Positions 13,050 through 23,219 of a stretch of DNA of 37,141 bases are shown here, in pieces (the first letter of the stretch is position 1; every line of letters begins with the position of its first letter). The notes beneath the pieces were generated by a model, which ran no database searches, was not told where the DNA came from, and saw only the letters and a list, made by a program, of their open reading frames with translations. A program made the position numbers and the translations under genes. This stretch comes from Octopus bimaculoides (Eukaryota). The DNA is taken from assembly GCF_001194135.2 (NCBI RefSeq), contig NC_068981.1, positions 80,211,807 through 80,248,947 on the forward strand, written 5' to 3'.

Positions 13050-13395
13050 GTGTGGCTTCTGCCCTGAACTTGGCAAAGCAGGGATGAGAATTGGTATTGC
13101 AGAAACCAAGACATTGACCCTCTGAAGAAAGTCTTTCCAGTGCACTCTGCATGTCAGTGGAACATCACTGTGACAAGTGGAATTGTGCCACAAAAAAGCA
13201 GTGGTGCTGGTACAACATAAAATCTACCCAGTACACTCTGTAAAGTGGTTAGCATTAGGAAGGGCATCCAGCCACAGAAACCATTCCAGAACAAATAATA
13301 GAACTTGGTGCAGCCCCACCAGCCTTACCATCTCCTGTCAACCCCTCCAACCCATGCCAGCATAGAAAATGGGCATTAAATTATGATGATGATAA
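13050..13395 (+). mobile_element. Internally deleted RTE LINE fragment
   Basis: GMRIGIAETKTL...CTLHVSGTSL*QVE (RT region upstream of the FKYLG motif) is joined directly to the RTE 3' UTR and GATGAT tail. Confidence 0.6.
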
Positions 13396-13433
<38 letters not shown>

Positions 13434-15464
13434 TTTCTACTAAGAGTATATTTTCTATAAGGACTTTGGGCTTATTAATAAAGCCAGAGATATTGCTATT
13501 TCAAATTCTCCAGGATTTGGTGTCTTTATGTTTTAAATAACCTGTGTACATATATCTGGAAAGTGCCATAGAGTAGGTGTGCTTCCATCAAGTCAAGTCT
13601 GCAATTCATTTCAAGTCCCAATTGTATTTAATGCCCCTGAGGAAGATATGAGTGCTTCAATTCTCATTCCCTTGTCTTGGTTTTCTTTCTCTTACCTTTT
13701 GTTTTAAGACAATAAGGATAATTATCCTTGATGGATACTATTGTAAACAGTTGCCTATCTCTTTATGTTGTTAAGTAGTGCTCTTATTTCAAAATGCATC
13801 AGCTATTTGTAATTGTTTCAAAGTGATGCAATTTGACCTTCATTGAATGTTGTCCCTAATGGGTTTTAACTAAATCCTGTTCCCTATGACATCTTACCCT
13901 TTAGTAAATGAATGTAGAGAATTATGTCTGAGTTGCTGATAAGCATGCTTGCATGCACCCACACATAACATGTACATATATCCAAGACAAAGGGTACAAT
14001 GATGCTAAACAGGTATACAATTTCATTTGGTGAATGTTGGCTAACTTGTAGCATGTTTGCTCAGCAACCATAAGATTACTATATCAAATCTTAAAGTTCA
14101 TTCTATGTATATCTAATTTGCATGCAGAAATTGGACTGATGTTGTTGAATTTATAGTGAGACAAATTTCTTAAAAGTATTATTACCTGTACCCCTATGTG
14201 TTATTCCCCACTCACACTCTTATGACAGTATCCATCTCTCCTGCCTTCCTATGACCCACTGTTGTATCCTCTCATGCTCACTCTCTTGTACCTTGAGAGT
14301 TAGCTCTGGCACTTCATCACTAACTTCTTTTTATTTCTTTCTCAACCACTTCCACCCACTCCGATATACAATGTGGGGTAGCCATGTATTTCTTCTATAG
14401 CAAGACACATGTGCTTGCCCCTCTCTCATTCTTCAGCCTTTCATTACCTAGCATAAAGCCACTTTTTCCTTTCAAATACTCCATACTTAGTGTTTGGAAG
14501 GACATCCAGCCAAAGAAACTGTGCCAAAGCTGACATTGGAGTTCAATGCAGCCTTGTGGCTTGCCAGATCCTGTCACTGTCCAACACATGCCAGCATGGA
14601 AAGCAGTCATATGATGATGATGATGATACACACACACACACATACATGCACACATTTTTTGATTCTTAAATGTAATTTAAATTACTTGCTTAATCATGCA
14701 AAATATTTATTTAGTCAATTGGATGACATGTAATAAAAAAACTGTCAATATGTAAGTCAAGATAAGGGTAAAATAAAAATCATTATATTTGTGTATCTGG
14801 TAAACTGATTTTGAACTGAAATCAAAGCTAGTTTGTGATGTAAACTCACATAAAGATTACCTTTTGTGATGCTTGATATGTAAAATTATAAATTATTGAA
14901 GTTTACTTTTTCTATCTGAAAAATTTCAATATAAAAATGAATTTGTGATCTTTTTCTACTTCTGTCCTCTGGTTCCTGTGCCAATGGCACATAAAAGCAC
15001 CATCCAAACGTGGTCGATGCCAGCCCCCTCTGGTCTTGGGGCTGAACCTACCCTTGCCTTTTTTACCATCTTAATTTATTTGCAGCTGTGCTCCTTCCCA
15101 TTAAATCTTAGAATTGATGCAGATGCACAATCAAGGAACTGAAGTATCCTAAGTCTTGGTTCCTGGAATCACCACTGAATGACCTTCTTATGGAGGGTAC
15201 TGTCGGGATAATTTCTTTTATTTTTGTGAGTACAGAGAGAATGAAAGAATTCAATCACATTTGTTGAGAATATCATAGTGAGATTACATTTGATACATGT
15301 AAGCATGGAAAAGCTGATGTTAAAATGATTATAATAGACTTGAATAAAATACTTCATGGTATTTCCTTATATATCCTTACATTCTGAGTTCTCTAGTCAA
15401 GTTTTCATTTCAAGTACTGTAATTAAGATATAAACAACTTAACTTTTGAAGGTGATACCACAGC

Positions 15465-15800
15465 CTTCCATAACAGATAAGTAATTTCCAGGCTCAGTGT
15501 TACTGTGCAGTACCTTGGGCAGACATCTACTATAGCTCTGGGCCAATCAATACCATGTGAGTGAATTTGGTAGTAGACGGAAACTGGAAGCCTTCGATGT
15601 GTGTGTGTGTGTCCTCCCCCACTGCTTGACAACCAATGTTGGTTTGTTTACATCCTTGTAACTTAGAAGTTTGGCAAATGAGACTGACAGAGTGAGTACC
15701 AGACTTTAAAAAATAAGTACTGAGGACAATCTGTTTAACTAAAACCCTTCAAGGCATTGCCCCAGCATAACTGCAGTCTGTTGACAAGAACAAATAAAAG
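15465..15800 (+). mobile_element. SINE, same family as 3340-3712
   Basis: Collinear central (CCTTGGGCAGACATCTACTATAGC) and tail (AATAAGTACTG...CCCTTCAAGGC...CCCAGCAT) blocks. Confidence 0.65.
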
Positions 15801-16263
15801 ACACATGCATACACACACACATGTGTGTGTGTATGTGAAGCAACCACCTAAGTAATTAGTCATTGTTACTTTTACCCTTCCAAGCAATTAGAATTAAAGG
15901 CAATAGCAGTAGTAATAATATTAACAATAATAATAAAATTAGTGGAGAGCCCTGTTTCCAGCTACCCTGAGGAGAAAAGAAAATCAAACAGAAACAAAAT
16001 ACAATTGCCTTTTAAGCTACTAGTTTTCTTTTTGTTGTTAAGCAATCTCCCACATACATACCCTGCCATTCCACCATTACAATGGGCCAAACATCTGGGA
16101 TCTCATTACTGATCTATCCTCTATTTATAATTAGCTACACTCTCTCTCACACACACATGCATTCACACATTCCCATGCACACACACATATCTGTCTAGTA
16201 TATTTCTCATATCAAAGTTAACATCTGAAAATATTATCCCAGATCCTGGGTATTAGTGAGTGG

Positions 16264-16610
<347 letters not shown>

Positions 16611-17762
16611 AAACTTGGTAATAGATCTGACCTAGCATTATCAGTCAATTGTACTAGTAATGGCTGACTTGTATGGTAATAGGAGAACCATCTAAAGTAG
16701 CAGCTTTACTCTGCCACTTCTAATAAAGAGTGGTTTTATTGTATGTGGACCGGAGAGAAAGACATTGTGTGTGTGTGGCTATAAGAGAAAAGTTTACTGT
16801 TTTATATACAGGGAGGGAGATAGTTATAGATATTGAGTGGGGGGCAATATTAAATCACATTAGATCAGTGGTTCCCAACCTTTTTCAGCCCAGGGACCAT
16901 TTTTTACTTGAAAAAATTTCTCGGGACCATTTCTACTTTTACTTTATGCTGTTCTATTTTCACATTAAAATACTTAATTAGAAGACAAAATAGTCTATTT
17001 ACACTTTTAAATTTATTTTAGAAAACAAAAGATAAAATTTAAAATTTATTTTAGTAAACAAAGATAAACACAAGATATCAAAATCATTTTTCATAAAGTC
17101 GTTAATTTTTAGTCCATTCAGTTAGTGACTAGCTTGATATTGGTGTTTCTGACACAAGATATCATAATCGATTTTAATAAACTCATTTAGTCTAAGTCTG
17201 ATAGTTCCTCAGCTGTTGACATCTAATTTATTTCTTTTTCTACTTAAAATATCTACAACAGCTGAATATGCAGATTCCACCATCCATGTGGTAGGGAAAA
17301 AAATGATGTTTGCTTCTACATATCGAAAAATGTTTGGGTGTGATTCCTTTATCGATATATAGGCAAAGACAGCTTCTTTTTCAACTCTTCTTCTCAGTTT
17401 CATATTCTCTTTCAAATCCAACAACATTTCAGCCAACTCAAAATTTTCATCTCCTGGCTCATAATTTTCTAGGTCTACAAACCAGAGTGGATAATCCATC
17501 TTTAATAAATCATTGTATCTTCTTTTGTCTGCATGAAGACCTTCAAGATGCATGCAGCAATGCATTCTGATGTAGGAATAGTGGTGTTAAAATTTCAAAA
17601 TGATGCCAAATTTTTTTTTTTAAACTGTTTTTTCCAAAATTTTAATTTCCCCATATACCCTTTATCTTCTGAGAACAGGTGACCAAATCTGATTTTCTAC
17701 CTTGCAGGTCTAAGTTAAGCAGATTCACTGTTTTTAAAATATCACTCAGGTAGAATATTTTT

Positions 17763-17997
17763 CAGTTTTGTATTTAAGAGATGAGGAATTATGTACATTA
17801 TTTACATTTGACAGATATTTGTCCTCATCTTGTTTGTTGTTAACACAACATTTCGGCTGATATACCCTCCAGCCTTCATCAGGTGTCTTGGGGAAATTTC
17901 AAACCTGGGTTCTCATTCCTAAGGTACCTTAGGAATGAGAAATGTTGTGTCAACAACAAACAAGATGAGGACAAATATCCGTCAAATGTAAATAATA
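17763..17997 (-). mobile_element. Copy B of the hammerhead element, inserted in the Buster transposase
   Basis: 12-bp TSD TAGAATATTTTT at 17751-17762 and 17998-18009. Minus-strand hammerhead at 17842-17887. 32-bp perfect palindrome TTCTCATTCCTAAGGTACCTTAGGAATGAGAA at the inversion junction. Confidence 0.88.
17842..17887 (-). ncRNA. Minimal hammerhead ribozyme, core intact, stem III ACGT changed to ATGT
   Basis: Minus strand reads GACAC CTGATGA A GGCTG gagggtatat CAGCC GAAA TGTT GTGTT. Confidence 0.65.
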
Positions 17998-19501
17998 TAG
18001 AATATTTTTGATTTAAACTGAGAAAGTCTTTCCAAAATTTTCTTAGCTGTATCAGCTTGCTTCTTGGAGTTGTAATGAGTCATCTGACTCTTGAACATGA
18101 GAAAGTTGATTAATGGTTCCCACAAATTCACTAGTCTTTCAAGCCTCAGGCCTTTTCACAACCATCTTACATCTGTGTGAAGCAATAGGGTTTTAAAATC
18201 TTCATCTTCACAGAATTGCATAAAAAATCTATTATTCACTGAGTTTGATTTGACAAAGTTGTTTGCATGTATGGCAGTGTTGAGTGCTTCTTCCATGTGT
18301 CCTCCAATATTCTTAACCTATTGCTGTCTGTGGATAATGCGATGTATATCAAAAATGTGAGGAGCAACTGATTTCATTCTAGAAACAAAGCCTTTCACTT
18401 TTCCAGTCATGGCTGCAGCTCCATCTGATGCAATGTCGATCAAGTTAGTCAATGGAATATTTTTATCATTAAAATACTGCATTACTTCATTGAATATATC
18501 TTCTCCATTAGTAGTTTCAGGCAAACTTTTAATGAATAACATTTCTTCCCTTATATCATCTTCATGGACAAATCTGACATAGACCAGAAGGATAGCTTGG
18601 TTATGAATTGTGTTATCATCAACCTGGATAGAAAAATTTGTCTTTTGGAGAATTTCCACAATCTTCTCAACAAAATTAGATGTTTCATCCTGTCTTCTTA
18701 TAATTGTGTTATTTGAAATGTACTCAGAGTAGATGCAGCACCTTTTCCCAGAACTTCATTTGCACAAGCTATTATAGCAGGCTTCACAAGTTTCTCACCA
18801 TAAATCTGAGGTGCTGCAACCTTGGCAATAATTTCAGAGACCAAATAACTTGGTTTGAGTGTCTTTGCTTTTTCAGTATTTATCTTCTTTACAAAGTCAG
18901 GTAGTTTGATTGGTTGTATTTTCTTTTTATTCTCAAAATATTCCCTACCTTTATCAACAGATAATGGATGCCTTAATTTCTGGTGCTGTTCCAGCTTAAC
19001 TTTTTTTATGGAATGATTTGTCATGATGGCATCACATTCAAGACATAAGTTTTGTGTCTACAGATACAAAACCAAATATGATAAAATCTTCTTAGTTATT
19101 CAGTTTTGCCATTTTAGCAGTTGGTTCAGATATTATTACAACTGATCTTTAAAAAAATAAAAATAAATACTTTATTTCTATAAATTAAAAGTATTAAATT
19201 TATTATTAAACAATATTGTGTAGTGATCTATTAAAAATATCAAATTTATTATGAAACTGTTGTGATTGTAAAATTTAAATTATGTAATTCTTGATTGTAA
19301 TATATTATTGATTATATATTATACATTATTGATTCTTATGGAATAATTATTGAATTTTGTTTTCTTATTATTATTCTGTCTTCATATAAATTATTATTAA
19401 ATAACAGTGTCTTTATTATTGAACAATATTGTGTAGATCTGAAATGGCTTCAAATTTTTTATGGCTACCAATTCTCTGGGGACCACCGGTANNNNNNNNN
19501 N

Positions 19502-19595
19502 TATTATTATTCAGGTCACTGCCTGGAATCAAACTCGGAATCTTGGGGTTTGTAGCTACTAAGTGCAAGATTCCAAGTTCGATTCCAGGCAGTGA

Positions 19596-19637
<42 letters not shown>

Positions 19638-19811
19638 CAACATCAAAAAATACCTTAGGAATGAGAACCTATGTTCAAAATTTCCCCAAGACACCTGATG
19701 AAGGCTGGAAGGTATATCAGCCGAAACGTTGTGTTAACAAACAAGATGAGGACAAATGTCCGTCAAATGTAAATAATGTACATAATTCCTCATCTCTTAA
19801 ATATAGAAGTG
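19502..19811 (+). mobile_element. Copy C of the same element, with fold-back 5' end abutting an assembly gap
   Basis: Inverted 3' half of the tRNA-like head at 19502-19555, fold-back centre GTAGCTAC 19552-19559, then direct B-box (AGTTCGATTCC), (AAT)n, intact hammerhead and the shared 3' terminus. Confidence 0.85.
19690..19735 (+). ncRNA. Minimal type I hammerhead ribozyme (intact core)
   Basis: Stem I GACAC(19690-94)/GTGTT(19731-35). Core CTGATGA 19695-19701 plus an extra A at 19702. Stem II GGCTG/CAGCC with a 10-nt loop. GAAA 19723-26. Loopless palindromic stem III ACGT. GUU triplet, predicted cut after 19730. Confidence 0.8.
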
Positions 19812-20525
19812 AATTATAATAATAACAATGATTTCTGTATTGGCCACAAGGGCCGAATAATTTTATTTCATTATATATAAACCAATGCTATGGCAATAGA
19901 TGAGTGTATGCAGGACAATTTTGTCGCTTTGCTTGCAAGCACAGCTCATAGCACTATTATCCAAACTGACAATCCACCATCAACTCTGGTAGCATTGCTA
20001 AACCAGGGATTTATGTATATTATCCATGGGCTCTGGATCATGTTGCAAATATGTAACTATTTATTAATTATATCATATTTATTAATTATATCATTTTCTT
20101 TTCTCTTTCCTTAAATCTAATGGCAACTTAAAATTCAAGTGTCACCTCTGCTGACACAAAATAAAGTTCAATCAATTCTGTACTATTTCTCATGAAAATC
20201 ATGGTAACAGGAGAATCATTAGACCAATTAAAACCATCTTTGTAAACAGAATCCTCTAATTACAAATCCAATTTCATTCAATAACATAATTTATGCTATG
20301 AAACATTCTGAAGAATGTTACAAGGATTTCCCCTCTTAGCATGAGAAACATTTTCTTCAGCTTACAAAAACCATCTATTTTACTAACTGGCTCTTTTCAT
20401 GAGAGGTTTTTCCTGAAAGATGATTCATACTTTTCCTCATCTTTAAATATCACCAGCTGTTTGTATTTCAGCATTTTTGTTAACGTTCAAGTAAAAAAAA
20501 TTTGCTCTGATCTTGACTCTCAAGC

Positions 20526-20625
20526 NNNNNNNNNNNNNNNNNNNNNNNNNNNNNNNNNNNNNNNNNNNNNNNNNNNNNNNNNNNNNNNNNNNNNNNNNNN
20601 NNNNNNNNNNNNNNNNNNNNNNNNN
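20526..20625. other. Assembly gap of exactly 100 N (probably unknown size), ~200 nt downstream of the NPL4 exon
   Basis: Directly visible. Confidence 0.95.
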
Positions 20626-20821
20626 ATATATATATACACCAGTCAACCACATGTTATTCTGCTGTAATATCTGATACTTATTTGCAAAGCAGGCGATCTG
20701 AGTCACAACACAATATATGCAATGGATTTGAAATGACAATCTTATTGTTAGTGCACTATAACCACACAGCTGAGAGGGCCATTAATTTACTTCCAGCAAA
20801 GCATTTTTCACAAATACTTAC

Positions 20822-21064
20822 AACTGTTCATTACGTTGTCTCTCAACTTTACCATCCTCTTTTTCAAGAATTTCATCAACTTCATCCAAAACAATGCCTT
20901 TGTGTGGTAGATGGGATACGGTGCTGGCGTTGGAAACAGTGCTGTTTGCACTATATTTTTTGGAGTCCACAGGAATGGCTGTTGAAGTTGAAGCTACTAC
21001 AGAATCTTGAGTTAGTCGGCTACTGGCATCTGACTCAAAGTTGAGAAACAGCATATCTCCATGA
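20822..21064 (-). CDS. NPLOC4: NPL4 internal exon: end of the UBL domain, Ser/Thr linker and approach to the first zinc finger
   Basis: Acceptor tttttcactcAG and donor GTaagt. 243 nt, phase 2 to phase 2, reads HGDMLFLNFESDASS...HKGIVLDEVDEILEKEDGKVERQRNEQL. This matches remembered NPL4 motifs HGDLLFL and VVEDEIDQYLSKQDGKIYRSRDPQL. Confidence 0.92.
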
Positions 21065-21632
21065 CTGAGTGAAAAAATAGAGTTAAATTAGGTAAGAAGG
21101 GGTGTGTAAACTGAAATTATTAGTGATATCTTCAAAAAGCCCATGCTGAAATGAGAGTTAAAATTAGGTAAGATGTTGTTGGTTCAAGAGTAGAAGTATT
21201 TTTTTTATCAACCTTGGAAAGACAGAATAGACAAAATGAACTTGTGGGTAGTATCAATTTTGTAGAATATATCTAGATAGTTTATGGGTTTTAAATTTCA
21301 AGAGATGTTATTACCAGTCTGCTTCAGACCAATATAGATAGAAACAATGAAATTAGTAGGCAGATAATGAGAAAAAGAAGCGAATGATAGAGAAAGAGAA
21401 ATGACACAAAGAAATGGAGCAGACAAGAGAAAGAAAGAGACAAAAAAAAAAATAAGAAAGAAACAGAAATATAAAATGAGAAAGGATGTGTGTATGTGTA
21501 TGAGATGTAGAATGGCAAACAGATAAACCATGATAAAATGAGAGTGAGAACAAAATAGATAGCGATAAACAGTAAAGAGGAAGAGAGAAATTAAAGAAAT
21601 TAAAAAGGAAACAAAAAGAACATCTCTCTTAC

Positions 21633-21745
21633 TGAATGTCATAATTAGCCAAAGTTTTCACTCTGGATGTTCTTATAGGGAAATTTTTCTGTCGATCTTT
21701 GTAGACAGTCCAACCAATGTCACCGACTTGAAATTCATTCTGAAC
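21633..21745 (-). CDS. NPLOC4: NPL4 (nuclear protein localization 4 homolog, p97/VCP-Ufd1 cofactor), internal exon in the N-terminal ubiquitin-like domain
   Basis: Acceptor ttttatctgttttcAG and donor GTaaga. 113 nt, phase 0 to phase 2, reads VQNEFQVGDIGWTVYKDRQKNFPIRTSRVKTLANYDI. It aligns positionally with remembered human NPL4 VAKEFGFQNNGFSVYINRNKTGEITASSNKSLNLLKIK and splices in frame to the next exon. Confidence 0.85.
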
Positions 21746-22306
21746 CTGAAAACAGATAAAACAGAATTGACTAATATTAATCTTACTAATACAAATTTTA
21801 TTGAACTCTGATAGAAATGAAAATCAAACTCAATGCAGGAAGAATTTCAATCCAGATCAATAAACAATAAGAGTAGGCCCTCTAATACTAAGATAAGCAC
21901 CTCTTGGCTAGAATGCGAATGCTAGCATAAGAAGATTTTTTACCCAACAGACAAAAAGATCCCTGAACTTGGCAGATTTTTCCCATGAAAAATATAGTGA
22001 ACTCAGCACAGCAAGCCAACACAAGTATTTGTCAATACCACACAGATAGCAATACTAATGAAATAGATTTGTATCAACCTGTTCATTTTGTTCTTTCTTT
22101 TTACTTTTAGCCCAGGGAAGAAAGCTCAGCAAGTCCTCTCAAACTGAAAGAAGTTAAATATTTGGGCCATGAACATAAAGCTATACCAGTTAGGAAATTG
22201 TCAAGTATTATAGTCAAACCACAGATCTACTTTTTTGTCTGGGCACAAAGTTGTTTAGTTAGTATTGAACTACAGCAGCCCCCATTATTGTAATATATAT
22301 TATGTA

Positions 22307-22646
22307 CATTATTTACATTCAACGGATATTTGTCTTCATCTTGTTTGTTATTAACACAACAATTTCCCACGGGCATATGGCATAGTGGTTAAGAGCGTGG
22401 GTTACTAACCCCAAGATTTCGAGTTCGATTCCAAGTAGTGACATGAACAATAATAATAATAACATCGAAAAATACCTTAGGAATGAGAACCCAAGTTCAA
22501 AATTTCCCCCAAGACACCCGAAGAAGGCTGGAGGGTATATCAGCCGAAACGTTGTGTTAATAACAAACAAGATGAGGACAAATATCCGTTGAATGTAAAT
22601 TATGTAAATAATGCACATAATTCCTCATCTCTTAAATATAGAACTG
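22307..22646 (+). mobile_element. Copy D (most complete) of the tRNA-headed, hammerhead-containing Penelope-like non-autonomous element
   Basis: Parts in order: inverted 5' arm 22307-22360; A-box TGGCATAGTGG 22378-22388; B-box GAGTTCGATTCC 22421-22432; (AAT)n; hammerhead-like motif 22513-22558 with core CCGAAGA (U4C); 3' end ...CTCTTAAATATAGAACTG. Flanked by the direct repeat TAATAT(AT)ATTATGTA at 22291-22306 and 22647-22660. Confidence 0.85.
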
Positions 22647-23219
22647 TAATATATTATGTAGTTTAAAGGGTTTCACACCTGAAAGGACATCCAAATATAA
22701 CACAAGAAATGAAAGTCACCTGAAAATAATGGAGTTTTACCCTCCCTTTTAATGGTTTAGAAGAGGAAAGATAGTACCCATAACCATTTTCATGGCTTCT
22801 GAGAATATTGGGAAAAAAGCACTTCTCATAGTTAGCCATAGTATTAGGTTGGTAACTAAGTTCCCACTGTTTCTTTAAATTTAAATTTTTTAAAAGGTTT
22901 AATAAAAAATAACAACTAATTAATCAATAATGTATTCACCCTTGTTTACAACTTCTTCCCAATGTTCAACAAGATTTTCAATACCTCGTTGGTAGAAATC
23001 CTTGCACATTATAAGATGTGACTAAAAGGATTAGCGTTAGGAAGGACATCTGGCCATAACACTGACATCTCATTTGAACAGATATATTTACAAAATTACA
23101 TAAGAATATCTTGAAATGCTAAAGAGTAAATCTATAATAAATGGCAAGTTTGTGTGTTTGTTACTTTAACTCCTCCAAGACTATCCAACAGACCTTGATG
23201 AAACTTGACATGTGTGGTG

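Larger units (their letters stand above)
17122..19112 (-). pseudogene. Disrupted Buster-family hAT transposase
   Basis: Fragments read KLEQHQKLRHP...REYF, SYLVSEIIAK...GEKLVKP, FSIQVDD (first D), ASDGAAAMTG (second D), HRIIHRQ (degenerate CxxH), LHTDVRW, FYLSDI...LNLDLQG, FFPTTWMVESAYS (catalytic E), C-terminus ...QYQASH*. It carries stops, frameshifts and the copy B insertion. Confidence 0.9.
16866..19491 (-). mobile_element. hAT transposon, Buster/ZBED5-like, inactivated
   Basis: Left TIR CAGTGGTTCCCAACCTTTTT at 16866, preceded by CATTAGAT (nnnTAnnn, the Buster-type target). Subterminal GGGACCA motifs occur at both ends. The right TIR is presumably lost in the 19492-19501 gap. Confidence 0.88.

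Noticed and set aside
15808-15835. 28-nt perfect palindrome CATACACACACACATGTGTGTGTGTATG
   Set aside because: Head-to-head CA/TG microsatellite, common in such genomes.
22110-22200. KEVKYLGH, resembling a Ty3/Gypsy RT motif, after a plus-strand acceptor-like site
   Set aside because: Isolated 8-residue match with no neighbouring RT motifs; likely chance.
22371-22440. Possible functional tRNA gene
   Set aside because: A and B boxes are present but I cannot form an acceptor stem, and the sequence is embedded in a repeated element; treated as a SINE-type head.
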